Part shown: one piece after another, positions 46,915 through 56,718 of the stretch | Layout of the letters: each line of letters opens with the position of its first letter | How positions within the stretch are numbered: the stretch's first letter is position 1 | Program-made: the position numbers and the translations under genes | The notes under the pieces: generated by a model | What the model was told of the DNA's origin: nothing | The model's input: only the letters and a program-made list of their open reading frames with translations | Database searches by the model: none | Assembly: GCA_965230975.1 (NCBI GenBank) | Contig: OZ246402.1 | Span: 165,771-229,770 of the forward strand | DNA: 64,000 nt | Direction of reading: 5' to 3' | DNA from: an uncultured Candidatus Saccharibacteria bacterium | Lineage (GTDB): Bacteria; Patescibacteriota; Dojkabacteria; J137

Positions 46915-48435
46915 TTACTGTTCGCCTCTAAATTGATCATAGTAGATTCCTCTTAGCCAAAGCTCTTCGGCTGTTATGTATTGTTCTGCAAAAATCCCGT
47001 ATCTATTGACTAAATCCACGAGTTCGGCAGGAATATCGGGTCTTTCTACCATAATTACAGATAATGCTTCGGCAAATATTTCGCTTAATGGGCTAATAGC
47101 AGTTGTGTTTCTGTACAAAATTGCATCATTATAGAAATAAGGCAAGATGATCAATCTATAAATCTCCTCTCTCGTTGGGTTATTTCCTAAGTGAATACCA
47201 TAGACCCTTTTGAATTCATGATAAATACCTTCGTATCCTACTGTTTTCTTTGGGTTAAAGTGCCCAAGCCCGTAACCTACTTCAATCATTGAATTTAAAA
47301 AGGTTGTGTACTGTTGGTCTAAATTCTCTTCATTTTCCAGTAAATATATTATTTCTACTAAAAATGCTTGATTCAAACTTATTGATTGGTTCCAGTAATC
47401 TACGTTGATAAATTGTATGTAAGTTTGAGTTTGAAAAAACCTGTCATGAGCATATTCATGTGCAAGTGCATATGGATTTATTTGAAAGATTTCAAGGCTA
47501 GAATCATTCTCGTCTTTTAAATAGATGGCTCTTAATTCAGTGTTATATAATCCTGCGTAATTTCGATTGTTTGGATCGGGATCTAGAATGCTTGGGAACA
47601 TATTAAGACCTGAATTGAGTGCATTGGTTAGTTGGTCTTGAGATAATCCGTATAATGACCAAAGACATATAATTTGATTTAAAATATCTTGTCTTCTTTG
47701 TCTATAGAATTCAACAAAATTAATGAAATTTTCTAAACTCAAATTATCTGCAGTGGTAATATTCAAAATAGATCTGATATGTCTATTCACAGATTCTATA
47801 TTTGAAAGCAACATTTGGTTTGTTCCGAAAATTACATCATAGTAGTTTACTAAAGATCCATTGGCACTTAACCATAGGTTGTCTAAAATATTCCTAACAC
47901 TATTAGATCCAAAAGGAAAAAGCAGTGTAGATGCTATATACGGTAGTCTTCCAAGATAACTTGGATCTGCACCAATTTGCGCAAGGTTTTGTAACCTAAG
48001 TTCTAAATCAACCACTTCACTACCACCAATTCTTTGATTCATTAAATCAATCAATAGCCTAATATATTCATTCGCAAACATTCTTTCTGACTCTCTGAAA
48101 ACAGACAGTGCTCTTTCGAGTGCGAAATCAAATTCTCTGTTAGTGGATATTCTGGTTATTCCAAATTCATCAGTTGTGTATTCTAAAAACAGAAAAAGGT
48201 AATTTTGATAAGCCTCTAGCTGCTCAAAGGATTGAGACGCAGATATAAATTCTTGCTCGTTAACCTGAATATTTCCACGTTCGCATACTTGAATGCTGTC
48301 GGAGTTATCAGGCTCTATTATTTGTGTTTGTGCCTCGGTTACATTTGTAGTCGAGCCTATAATTGCTCCTGCGACTAAAGGTACCAATATTTTTTTACCC
48401 AAATTCATAACTGTTACTAAAAAGTAGTAACACAT
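46915..48435 (-). CDS. secreted hypothetical protein with an HExxH motif (possible zinc metallopeptidase)
   Basis: Signal-like N-terminus (KKILVPLVAGAIIGSTTNVTEAQ). NPYALAHEYAHDRFF contains HEYAH. No further family assignment possible. Confidence 0.35.
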   Translation of the reverse strand: MCYYFLVTVMNLGKKILVPLVAGAIIGSTTNVTEAQTQIIEPDNSDSIQVCERGNIQVNEQEFISASQSFEQLEAYQNYLFLFLEYTTDEFGITRISTNREFDFALERALSVFRESERMFANEYIRLLIDLMNQRIGGSEVVDLELRLQNLAQIGADPSYLGRLPYIASTLLFPFGSNSVRNILDNLWLSANGSLVNYYDVIFGTNQMLLSNIESVNRHIRSILNITTADNLSLENFINFVEFYRQRRQDILNQIICLWSLYGLSQDQLTNALNSGLNMFPSILDPDPNNRNYAGLYNTELRAIYLKDENDSSLEIFQINPYALAHEYAHDRFFQTQTYIQFINVDYWNQSISLNQAFLVEIIYLLENEENLDQQYTTFLNSMIEVGYGLGHFNPKKTVGYEGIYHEFKRVYGIHLGNNPTREEIYRLIILPYFYNDAILYRNTTAISPLSEIFAEALSVIMVERPDIPAELVDLVNRYGIFAEQYITAEELWLRGIYYDQFRGEQ

Positions 48436-48501
48436 TATACCATGGATATAGATGATCAGTATGGATAAGCTTGTATATAAATTGAAAGCAAAATTTAAGG
48501 G

Positions 48502-48825
48502 TTATTCGCTTTTTGCTTGTTTTGCGGTTTTCTTAACGACTTTTTTCTTTGTTTTAGGCTTAGATACATCAGATTCTGCTCTCTCCTCTTTTTCTTGAGA
48601 TTTTCTTTTTTTATCCCACTTTTCTATCTCTTTATTTACCTCTTTTTCAAATTTCTTTAAGTTTTTATCTAAATCTTTAAATGTTTGTTTAACAACCTTT
48701 TTCCCTTCTGCTCTATCAAGGGCACCTTCCTTTTCTAGATCTGTCATGAATTTTTTGGCAGCTTCTTTGGTTAATTCAAAACTACCAACACCAAAAAGAA
48801 CTAATTTTTTTATTGTTTCGTTCAT
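48502..48825 (-). CDS. small lysine-rich protein (phasin-like N-terminus plus basic tail)
   Basis: 107 aa. N-terminal LVLFGVGSFELTKEAAKKFMTDLEKEG, then a K/E-rich coiled coil and KKKVVKKTAKQAKSE tail. Function unknown. Confidence 0.35.
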   Translation of the reverse strand: MNETIKKLVLFGVGSFELTKEAAKKFMTDLEKEGALDRAEGKKVVKQTFKDLDKNLKKFEKEVNKEIEKWDKKRKSQEKEERAESDVSKPKTKKKVVKKTAKQAKSE

Positions 48826-48891
48826 AAAATAATTATTAAAATTTATAAATATTATTAATCATTATAATTCTTTATATCAATAATTAAATAG

Positions 48892-49569
48892 CTAAAGTTG
48901 TGTAATGCTTGTAAAAAACTTACCTTTGTTTACAACAGAATTATTATTCATATTATAAATCAAAATTATCTGTGAATTTGCAAATACTGCAATTAAGTCG
49001 TTATCCTTAGCATTTTTATAAAATTCTGGATTTTGCATTTTAAGAGGTTCGACATCTTGAATAGTTGTAACTTGAGGCAGTTCAGTAGAATCACTAGAAA
49101 TAAGATTTAAAGTTTTTGCTTGCTCAGTAATCGCGTTTAAAACCTCTTCTTGTACATTAACCAAGGCTTTATTTGGTGTGTCCCCTTTGTAAATAATTCT
49201 CTTTTCATCTTTTCTGTAAATAATTAATTTATCAGAATAACCGATTGCATAATCTCCGTTCTTCGCATTTTTATATACTTCTGCCTGAATAGCATTTTCA
49301 TTTCGCAAAGAATTTGCATCTGAAATCTGAGCAATTAAAGGTTGTTCATTTTGATTTAGTTCTGTAAGGTTTGCAACTTCAGCTAGAATTTGTTGGTTTG
49401 TATATTCTTGGTAAAGTCTTATTGGGTTAAGAATTAACAGTACTAAAGTTATTTGTAGCAAAATAATTATTAATGCTAGTGTTTTTAATCCAATCCGCAT
49501 TCTTATTTTATTAATAATCGATCTAACTTCTTTAACATAAGTTGAAGATTGTTTAATTTGTTTATTCAT
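48892..49569 (-). CDS. hypothetical membrane-anchored protein
   Basis: 225 aa. TM near the N-terminus (LKTLALIIILLQITLVLLILNPI). Confidence 0.4.
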   Translation of the reverse strand: MNKQIKQSSTYVKEVRSIINKIRMRIGLKTLALIIILLQITLVLLILNPIRLYQEYTNQQILAEVANLTELNQNEQPLIAQISDANSLRNENAIQAEVYKNAKNGDYAIGYSDKLIIYRKDEKRIIYKGDTPNKALVNVQEEVLNAITEQAKTLNLISSDSTELPQVTTIQDVEPLKMQNPEFYKNAKDNDLIAVFANSQIILIYNMNNNSVVNKGKFFTSITQL

Positions 49570-49657
49570 ATTTGTTTTCTTTAATAATAATATTGTACCA
49601 CTCTTAATTTATACCTTAGCCAATCAGAATTGTAACTATTTAGGGTATAATTCAAGT

Positions 49658-50848
49658 ATGAAAATTTTAAAAATCGAAGAGATTCAAAACTTTGATGAAA
49701 TTATTAAAACTTTGAAAAATGGAGGTCTTGTAATCTACCCGACCGAAACATCTTACGGTGTTGGTGTAGATGCAACAAATGAAGATGCAGTTTCAAAACT
49801 TTTAAAATATAAACAACGCCCAGAAGGGAAAGCTATTTCTATTGCGGTAAGTAATCAAGACTCGGCAAAAAAGTATGTTAAATTAAACTCGCAGGCAGAA
49901 GGTCTTTACAATACTTTTTTGCCGGGGCCAGTTACAATTATTTCTAAGTCTTTAGAAAAAGTAGATAAACGTTTAGAAAGTGAAAAAGAAACTTTGGGGG
50001 TTAGGATTCCAAATCATAGATTCTTACTAGATTTGCTAAGTGCTTTTGGAAAGCCGATTACGGCAACATCTGCAAATTTAAGTGGTAAAAAGACACCCTA
50101 CTCTGTTTCAGATATTTTAGATAATTTGCCAGAGAAGCAAAAAGATTTAATAGATTTGATTATTGATGGTGGCGAGTTGCCTAAAAACCCACCTTCAACA
50201 GTAATAGATACTACTACTTCAGAACTTACAACTTATAGGCAAGGTAGAATTGATCCAACAAAGGTTGCATCTAGTGACTCTCTTGAGACTAGTTCAGTTG
50301 AAGAAACTATTTTGGCAGGTGAAAAATTCTTTTTTGACCATAAAAAAGCTTTAAAAACAGGTCCATTAGTAATTTTATTAAATGGAGAGCTAGGTGCTGG
50401 CAAGACCCATTTTACAAAAGGAATTGCCAAGGCTTTAGGTATTAAAAATGTTATAAAATCGCCTACATATAACTATGTTAACGAGTATATTTTTACATCT
50501 AAATCTTTGCAAAGCTCTTCTATTGAAGATTTAAATAACGAAGCTGTGAGTATTAACAATTCAAATTACAGAGTTAGAGATAAGGATTTGGATCATTTAA
50601 AAACTACTTATTTTGAAAAACATAAGTTGTACCACTTTGACGCTTGGCGGGTTCAATCTAAAGAGGATTTAAATTTACTAAGGTTTTACGATTGGTTTGA
50701 ATCGGGCAATGTAATTATTATTGAATGGCCAAGTGTAGTAATGAATTTGGACCAGGATTTTTTTGAAAAGATAAACTACTACTATTTAGAGTTTGTTCAG
50801 TTAGATAACGATTCTAGAGAAATTAAAATATTTGAAATTAATAATTAA
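49658..50848 (+). CDS. fusion of L-threonylcarbamoyladenylate synthase (TsaC/YrdC domain) and the t6A P-loop ATPase TsaE (YjeE)
   Basis: N-terminal LKNGGLVIYPTETSYGVGVDATNEDAVSKLLKYKQRPEGKAISIAV is the YrdC/Sua5 signature (about aa 1-197). C-terminal GPLVILLNGELGAGKTHFTKGIAKALGIKNVIKSPTYNYVNEY is a near-consensus match to TsaE (E. coli [37 protein letters not shown]), about aa 215-396. Confidence 0.75.
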   Translation: MKILKIEEIQNFDEIIKTLKNGGLVIYPTETSYGVGVDATNEDAVSKLLKYKQRPEGKAISIAVSNQDSAKKYVKLNSQAEGLYNTFLPGPVTIISKSLEKVDKRLESEKETLGVRIPNHRFLLDLLSAFGKPITATSANLSGKKTPYSVSDILDNLPEKQKDLIDLIIDGGELPKNPPSTVIDTTTSELTTYRQGRIDPTKVASSDSLETSSVEETILAGEKFFFDHKKALKTGPLVILLNGELGAGKTHFTKGIAKALGIKNVIKSPTYNYVNEYIFTSKSLQSSSIEDLNNEAVSINNSNYRVRDKDLDHLKTTYFEKHKLYHFDAWRVQSKEDLNLLRFYDWFESGNVIIIEWPSVVMNLDQDFFEKINYYYLEFVQLDNDSREIKIFEINN

Positions 50849-50856
50849 ACCATCCT

Positions 50857-51552
50857 ATGCCCCTACAATCTTTTGATGACCTGATTCAAGAAGACTATCT
50901 TAACGAAGTACTTGCCCCAGCAGAAGCTTATTCTGTAGAGCACCTTGTGCAAAGTAAAGTGAATGCTCAGATTGAGCAGGGAAAGGTATTGGGGTTTGAT
51001 GAATTTAAATTAAAGTGTGTGGGTTCCGGAGTGTACCCTGAAAACAAGTATTTCTATAAAGATTCAAAAGGTCAAAAGAAATTAAGCCATTTAGGCAAGT
51101 TTTACCAGAATCTTTCAGCTTACACGCAATCTTACACCGAAGATTCATTAAACAAACTTTTATTATCTGCGTCAGATGTTTATGTGGATAGGATTTATGC
51201 TGATAGAGCTTATGCTCAAACTGCATTTTTAGAAGACGAAATTAAAAGGATAGTTAATTTCTTAGCTGGAGCATTAGGACTTGGTGTAAAAGATATTCGA
51301 GATCTACTTTCTGAACTTGGAAGAATTAAACTTAAGTTTGAAAACTACTCCATTGTTCAAAAAAGAGCTGAATATGAAAGATTGGAAAAAATCTTAAGGG
51401 AATCAACTTCACCACAAGAGATCTCTTTGGCAAAAGCAGATATAGTAACTTTAAAAGGTCTTAGCCTACAAAAAGATAATAACGAGCTACTATTAATGCT
51501 AGTAGGTATTTGCTTGCCAGCGCTATTTGAAGGATTTACGGATGATTTGTAA
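50857..51552 (+). CDS. hypothetical protein
   Basis: 231-aa ORF 9 nt after the TsaC-TsaE gene. No recognised motif. Confidence 0.4.
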   Translation: MPLQSFDDLIQEDYLNEVLAPAEAYSVEHLVQSKVNAQIEQGKVLGFDEFKLKCVGSGVYPENKYFYKDSKGQKKLSHLGKFYQNLSAYTQSYTEDSLNKLLLSASDVYVDRIYADRAYAQTAFLEDEIKRIVNFLAGALGLGVKDIRDLLSELGRIKLKFENYSIVQKRAEYERLEKILRESTSPQEISLAKADIVTLKGLSLQKDNNELLLMLVGICLPALFEGFTDDL

Positions 51553-51732
51553 AGTAGCATTTTATTCATGCTTTGAATTTAGTGAAACTTCTGACCTAAG
51601 ACCAAAATCTTTCATGATATAATTCCACGTAACTTTTTTAATTCAAACCAATGACACTAATTTAAGAAAAATAATTCGAAAACCTCCAAAATCTGGTTGG
51701 TAATTCAGTTTTTTATATCTTAAATTTATTTT

Positions 51733-53205
51733 GTGTCAAAACTCCAACTTGTAACAAACAACTTAGCCTACTCTTTTGACGATAGGGTCTTATTTGAAAA
51801 CTTATCTTTATCTGTATCTACAGAAGATAGAATTGCATTAATTGGCCAAAACGGAAGTGGAAAGTCAACTTTACTAAAGATTTTAGCGGGCGAAATAGCC
51901 CCGAGCGCGGGGTTAGTAATCCAAGATTGTCACATTGGCTATTTCGCCCAAAGCTACCCATCAATTAGAAACCTGGAAATTACAATCGCAGAATATTTAA
52001 TGCAACAAGATATTCCGCTTGAACAAATTTATACATCTTATATGCGAATTTGGCTTAAGCCAATTGATTTATCTAAAAAAATTATTGATTTAAGCGGTGG
52101 TGAGTTTACTAAATTTATGTTTGCAATAATTGATCAAACAAAACCAGAAGTGTTAATTTTAGATGAACCAACTAATAATATAGATGCCTACTCTATTGAA
52201 AGATTAAAAGAGTATATTAAATATTTTCAAGGTGGAGTTGTATTTGTATCCCACAATCTTGAATTTATATCTTCTGTTCCAAATCAAATATGGGAACTTG
52301 AAAACCTGGCAGTGAATAAAACGATATCTACCTATCTTGAATTTCAAGAGATTAAAAAATTGGAAGAGAATGCTAGACTTGGAAAACTTTCATCTACAAA
52401 TAAAGAACTAAAAAAACTAAAAAGTGCATACCAATTTGAAAAACTTAGAATTAATAAAGATCAGAAAAAAAAGGCAAAACTGCAAAAGAAAGGTACTTCC
52501 GGAGTTCCTAAAATAATGGCGGGAATAAAAAAGAATGAAGCTCAAATTTCATCTGGGAAAAAGCTAAACAACCTGTCTGTTCAAATATCCAATCTGCAAA
52601 AAGAAAAATCGTCTTTGCAAAAAAGTGTTCTCAAGAAAGCTTATTTAGAATTTGAAACTGAAAATAAAAAGCCGGGTTTAATTTTAAATCTTCAGCAAAC
52701 AATTCTTTCTAACAATTTAGACTTTTCAATTTATTTCGGAGATAGGATTTCTATAAATGGTCAAAATAGCTCAGGCAAAACCACACTGTGTAAATATATT
52801 TTTAATCAAACTAAAGATAAATTTAAAGTCGCATATTTAGATCAAAAATACGAGATAGTGGATTTAAATAAAAGTGTTTTAGAGAATATGAACACTTTTA
52901 ATAAAACATTGGGGCAAGAAACGAATAGAAGGTTTTTAGGTAACTTCTTATTTAGTACAAAAGGTCAGGTAAATCAAAAGGCCTCTACGCTTTCTGGGGG
53001 TGAACTTGCAAGATTAGCATTTGCCATGGTTACAGCAGGTGAAGTAGATTTATTAATTTTAGATGAGCCGGTTAACAACATTGACATTCAAACTCAAGAA
53101 GTTATAATCCACGGAATAAATAGGTTTAATGGTGCACTTGTTGTAGTGGCGCACGACAATCTATTTAAGGATAAGTTAAAACTCAAAAAATTTATATCAC
53201 TTTAG
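51733..53205 (+). CDS. ABC-F-type ATPase with two tandem nucleotide-binding domains and no transmembrane domain
   Basis: NBD1: GQNGSGKSTLLKILAG (Walker A), LSGGEFTKFM (signature), LILDEPTNNID (Walker B). NBD2: GQNSSGKTTLCKYI, LSGGELARLAFAM, LILDEPVNNID. K-rich linker between them. Confidence 0.8.
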   Translation: MSKLQLVTNNLAYSFDDRVLFENLSLSVSTEDRIALIGQNGSGKSTLLKILAGEIAPSAGLVIQDCHIGYFAQSYPSIRNLEITIAEYLMQQDIPLEQIYTSYMRIWLKPIDLSKKIIDLSGGEFTKFMFAIIDQTKPEVLILDEPTNNIDAYSIERLKEYIKYFQGGVVFVSHNLEFISSVPNQIWELENLAVNKTISTYLEFQEIKKLEENARLGKLSSTNKELKKLKSAYQFEKLRINKDQKKKAKLQKKGTSGVPKIMAGIKKNEAQISSGKKLNNLSVQISNLQKEKSSLQKSVLKKAYLEFETENKKPGLILNLQQTILSNNLDFSIYFGDRISINGQNSSGKTTLCKYIFNQTKDKFKVAYLDQKYEIVDLNKSVLENMNTFNKTLGQETNRRFLGNFLFSTKGQVNQKASTLSGGELARLAFAMVTAGEVDLLILDEPVNNIDIQTQEVIIHGINRFNGALVVVAHDNLFKDKLKLKKFISL

Positions 53206-53237
53206 CTATTCATGTATTTAGAAGAATCTGACATAAG

Positions 53238-53705
53238 CTAAAGAGTATCTGGGGGCCAACCAGCAGTGCAAGGATCTGTACTAGTTCCCATTTGTCTGCT
53301 CCATCCACTTATTTCCATATTTATTGAAAGTTCATACCGCCCACCCGATCCTCTTACATAACAATATATTGTTCCGCTGGCATCTGAAAATTGACTTTCA
53401 ATATGCCCAACTTTAGATTGCAGAGTACCTGTTAATTGAAAAACGTTTTGAAAAGTCCTTCCGGTTCTTCTTAATGTAAGTGTGGTACCGTTATTTTCAA
53501 TAAATAGATCCGGAAGCGTTTTTTGGCTATAGTAAAAGTCTAAAACAGCAGTATTTAATTGGCTTAAAAAGGCAAGTCTTTCAGTGTCTCTTGCTGTTTT
53601 TTGAGCAGTAGATATTCCAAATATAGCTAATGCAGCAATTATCCCAATAATTGCCATTGCTACAACAAGTTCAATTAAGGTAAATGCTTTAATCCTTTTA
53701 TGCAT
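53238..53705 (-). CDS. type IV pilin / pseudopilin-like protein (prepilin N-terminal methylation domain)
   Basis: MHKRIKAFTLIELVVAMAIIGIIAALAIFG. Short basic leader, then the FTLIEL class III signal and a hydrophobic helix. Confidence 0.7.
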   Translation of the reverse strand: MHKRIKAFTLIELVVAMAIIGIIAALAIFGISTAQKTARDTERLAFLSQLNTAVLDFYYSQKTLPDLFIENNGTTLTLRRTGRTFQNVFQLTGTLQSKVGHIESQFSDASGTIYCYVRGSGGRYELSINMEISGWSRQMGTSTDPCTAGWPPDTL

Positions 53706-53864
53706 ATTAATAATTTATTTAAATTTATACTACTAGTTTATAAAAGGTAAAATTTAAATAAATTGTAAAACTTATGTAAATAGTACTAGTACTTTCTACC
53801 TTATCATGTTGGATAAAACATTAATACAAGTTATAATCCCAAACTTGACTATTACCTTTAAAAA

Positions 53865-54560
53865 ATGCATTCAGTTAAATTTGTTAAAAATAATATGCAA
53901 AAATGGTTGGCTCACCCAGGGGCTCAATTGGTCGATTTAATAATAAATAGGCCAGATTTTCAAACAATTTCTTCAAATCCAGAATCGAATGGGCATTATA
54001 GGAATAAAATTGTAGGGGAATTTTATGGAGATTTAAATAACTTTACCAGATATTATATTGACCCGTTAACTGGTGAGAATAAACAAACTGTTATTAGCAA
54101 ATTAACTGATAGGTGGGAGTCTTTTAAGAAAAGAAATTACTTACCATTTAATGAACTTGCAGAATTTGTACTTAACTTAGCTGATATTTATTATGCAATT
54201 AGATTTGATAAGCTTGCATATAAGTGGGAAGATTCCCACCCCACTATGCAAATTTACAACGAAATTTACAATTATTTCTCTAATGAACTATGTGATTTTT
54301 TATTTGGTTCTGATAATGGTGTGTTAAATGAGAATGCAATTGCAGCAGTAGAACTTTTAATGAGAAATATTACAGCAAATAAATACTATGTTAGAAGTTG
54401 TTTAATAGAATCGAATGAAACAGAGATTAAAAGAGAAACCAGAGGAAATTTAGAGCGCTTAATTACGGCATTGTATTTACAAAGACAGCTGGATATATAC
54501 GGTATAAGTCGAGTGGAAGACGAAGAGTATATTCAAAATTTACGTTGCATGGAAAGTTAG
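53865..54560 (+). CDS. hypothetical protein
   Basis: 231-aa ORF. No recognised motif. Confidence 0.4.
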   Translation: MHSVKFVKNNMQKWLAHPGAQLVDLIINRPDFQTISSNPESNGHYRNKIVGEFYGDLNNFTRYYIDPLTGENKQTVISKLTDRWESFKKRNYLPFNELAEFVLNLADIYYAIRFDKLAYKWEDSHPTMQIYNEIYNYFSNELCDFLFGSDNGVLNENAIAAVELLMRNITANKYYVRSCLIESNETEIKRETRGNLERLITALYLQRQLDIYGISRVEDEEYIQNLRCMES

Positions 54561-54728
54561 TGTTATAATATCCGCATGAATTCAAAATTCACTTGCACAA
54601 ACTATTTCTTCTACTGGCTTTAAGCCAGACATAAATCACACCCACAAATCGCTAGTTTTAATTTATTTTAGGTTTTATGATATTTATTTCTTTTAACACA
54701 ATGTATTGGTATAGCCTACTCCATTTAA

Positions 54729-54790
54729 CTTGGCGGAGGTAACATACCTGTATTTTTCTAATAAACCGCCAAGAAGGCGGTTTTTTTTAT
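54729..54790 (+). promoter_or_regulatory. putative cis-regulatory leader (riboswitch/attenuator-like) with mutually exclusive antiterminator and terminator helices
   Basis: Terminator AAACCGCC-aagaa-GGCGGTTT followed by T8 (54763-54788), ending 5 nt before the downstream ATG. The 3' half of its left arm, CCGCCAAG (54766-54773), is perfectly complementary to CTTGGCGG at 54729-54736, giving an alternative 8-bp pairing. A further hairpin CTGGCT-tta-AGCCAG lies at about 54614-54628 in the same 233-nt noncoding region. Confidence 0.45.
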
Positions 54791-54793
54791 TTA

Positions 54794-56167
54794 TTGATAC
54801 TAATTATGAACAATATTTTACAAGAACAAAAAGTACAGATTACAGCAAGGCAGGTTGCTAACAAGTTTTTTGGATCTTTTTACGATGAAAGGCACAATTT
54901 TCGAATTTCAGAGGAAATGGCTCCTCTTTCTTCTGAAAACTTAGTATCTATAGAATTGGTAGCCAGTGTAATACCAGACTTTATAGAAGGCTCTCTTAAG
55001 CTAGAGGCCTTATCTTTGATTGACGATAAATTTAGAAGATCTGATGCAACATTTAGATTAATCAGAAGATTGTTAGGAATAGAAAGCGTATTTCAAGCAA
55101 TGATAGAACTGAATAAAGCAGAAGGATTTAAAAGAGATGCGGAAAGAGATTTTGAACAAGAATTGAGAATAATTTCTCAAACCCAACTAAGCGAAAATCA
55201 TCCGTTTGTAAGGCTGGATTGTATTATAGATTGTGACTCTAAAGCTATAAAAATAGTAGAAATTGAAGAAGCAAAGTTACATGGACTTGGTTACGCTACT
55301 TTGTGCAGAATGCTGTCTGATGTAAAAGTTGGAGAAGGTTTAGTAAACAGATTTGTTGATCTAACTAAAGACAACCCCGGACTTATACTCTTATCAAACA
55401 ATGAAAGATTTTACTTAATGGAGCAACTTTTTTTTGCAAAGCAGGTAAACCAGTCAGGTGGAAATTTAACTATTGCAATGCAAGATAAAATTGATATAAC
55501 TGAAGAAGGAATTGCAGTAAGAGATGAGTTTGGAAGAACAAATAAGATTCTAACGAACATCATAAACCTCCCACAGTTTAGTGGCAATTCAGAACATGCA
55601 GCAAAAGTAGATAAAGCGATTAATTCTCTCTTTTTAAGAGGAGTTATTGATATAAAATCTTTTAGAAGATCATTCTTAGGAGAGAAATCATTACTAGCTT
55701 TAATTTCCAATCCATTCCATGACCCAGAACTAGAAGAATTGCTTGTAGCTTGTTTCAACCCATCTATAATTGAGATTTTAAGGGAAATGATACCTAAAAC
55801 ATTTATGCCCACAAGCAAAAATCAAAAGCAAAATATTATAGAAATGATAAGATCAGGCAAAAAAGTTTTTGTAAAAGTTGTAAACGCATCTGGTGCAAGA
55901 GGGGTTGCCTCTTTTGATGAACCTCTGCGTCAAATTGAACTTATACAACAAGGAAATGTTATTGTACAAGAAGCAATCCAAGCACAACAAGTAGAACTTC
56001 CTTTTTGTGATTTAGCCACTTTAGAAACTGGGGTTGATAATCATACTATTAGATATGGCTCTTTTGTATTTAATGGAAATCTTGAAGAGATAGCGGCTAC
56101 TGCTTCGCCTTCAAAAATTGCGCATGGAGGGGTAACATCTATACAGACAGGAATAAAAATTATTTAA
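54794..56167 (+). CDS. hypothetical protein (457 aa), possibly ligase/ATP-grasp-like (very uncertain)
   Basis: Long ORF immediately after the structured leader. The true start may be the internal Met at 54806. No confidently recognised motif. Confidence 0.4.
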   Translation: MILIMNNILQEQKVQITARQVANKFFGSFYDERHNFRISEEMAPLSSENLVSIELVASVIPDFIEGSLKLEALSLIDDKFRRSDATFRLIRRLLGIESVFQAMIELNKAEGFKRDAERDFEQELRIISQTQLSENHPFVRLDCIIDCDSKAIKIVEIEEAKLHGLGYATLCRMLSDVKVGEGLVNRFVDLTKDNPGLILLSNNERFYLMEQLFFAKQVNQSGGNLTIAMQDKIDITEEGIAVRDEFGRTNKILTNIINLPQFSGNSEHAAKVDKAINSLFLRGVIDIKSFRRSFLGEKSLLALISNPFHDPELEELLVACFNPSIIEILREMIPKTFMPTSKNQKQNIIEMIRSGKKVFVKVVNASGARGVASFDEPLRQIELIQQGNVIVQEAIQAQQVELPFCDLATLETGVDNHTIRYGSFVFNGNLEEIAATASPSKIAHGGVTSIQTGIKII

Positions 56168-56172
56168 ACAAT

Positions 56173-56718
56173 ATGGAAAATTTAATATTAATTAGGCACG
56201 GAGAAACAGGTGATAATAAATCAGATCCTAAAAGAGCTTTAACTAAAGAGGGTCAACGAAAAGTTGGGGAAGTAGCTTTATTGTTATCTAGAAATTTTAA
56301 AGATAAAGAATTTTTAATTTTAACCACAGATACTTATAGAGCTGTTCAAACGTCCAATATTCTTGCAAAAGAATTGACTGTTAATAAAATAGTAAAATCA
56401 AAACTTAGAATTTTGAACTTAGATAATTTGAGATCTATAATTCAATCAAATGAAAAAAAAAGAATCAGACCTGCTAAAACCTATTTGAGTATGCCAGACA
56501 ATCAACTGAAAGAATTAGAAGTAGAAACCTCTGATCAAGTTTTTAACAGATGGACAAAATTAATTAAGGATTTTAAAGCTAAAAACGTTATAATTGTTAG
56601 TCATGAATGTTCTCTAGAAGCTTTTTTATCAAAACAAAAGGGCTATACCGTGATTCGTAAATCCTTTAAAAAGTACTTTAATTATGGTGATTTCGCAATA
56701 TTAACAAAAAAAATATGA
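56173..56718 (+). CDS. histidine-phosphatase superfamily protein (SixA/phosphoglycerate-mutase-like)
   Basis: [31 protein letters not shown] carries RHGE. The second catalytic His is in [13 protein letters not shown]. Overlaps the trpS start by 4 nt. Confidence 0.7.
   Translation: MENLILIRHGETGDNKSDPKRALTKEGQRKVGEVALLLSRNFKDKEFLILTTDTYRAVQTSNILAKELTVNKIVKSKLRILNLDNLRSIIQSNEKKRIRPAKTYLSMPDNQLKELEVETSDQVFNRWTKLIKDFKAKNVIIVSHECSLEAFLSKQKGYTVIRKSFKKYFNYGDFAILTKKI

Noticed and set aside
48502-48825. Calling the 107-aa lysine-rich protein a PHA phasin
   Set aside because: Only a short N-terminal resemblance, and no PHA synthase or other PHA genes nearby. Left as a lysine-rich hypothetical.
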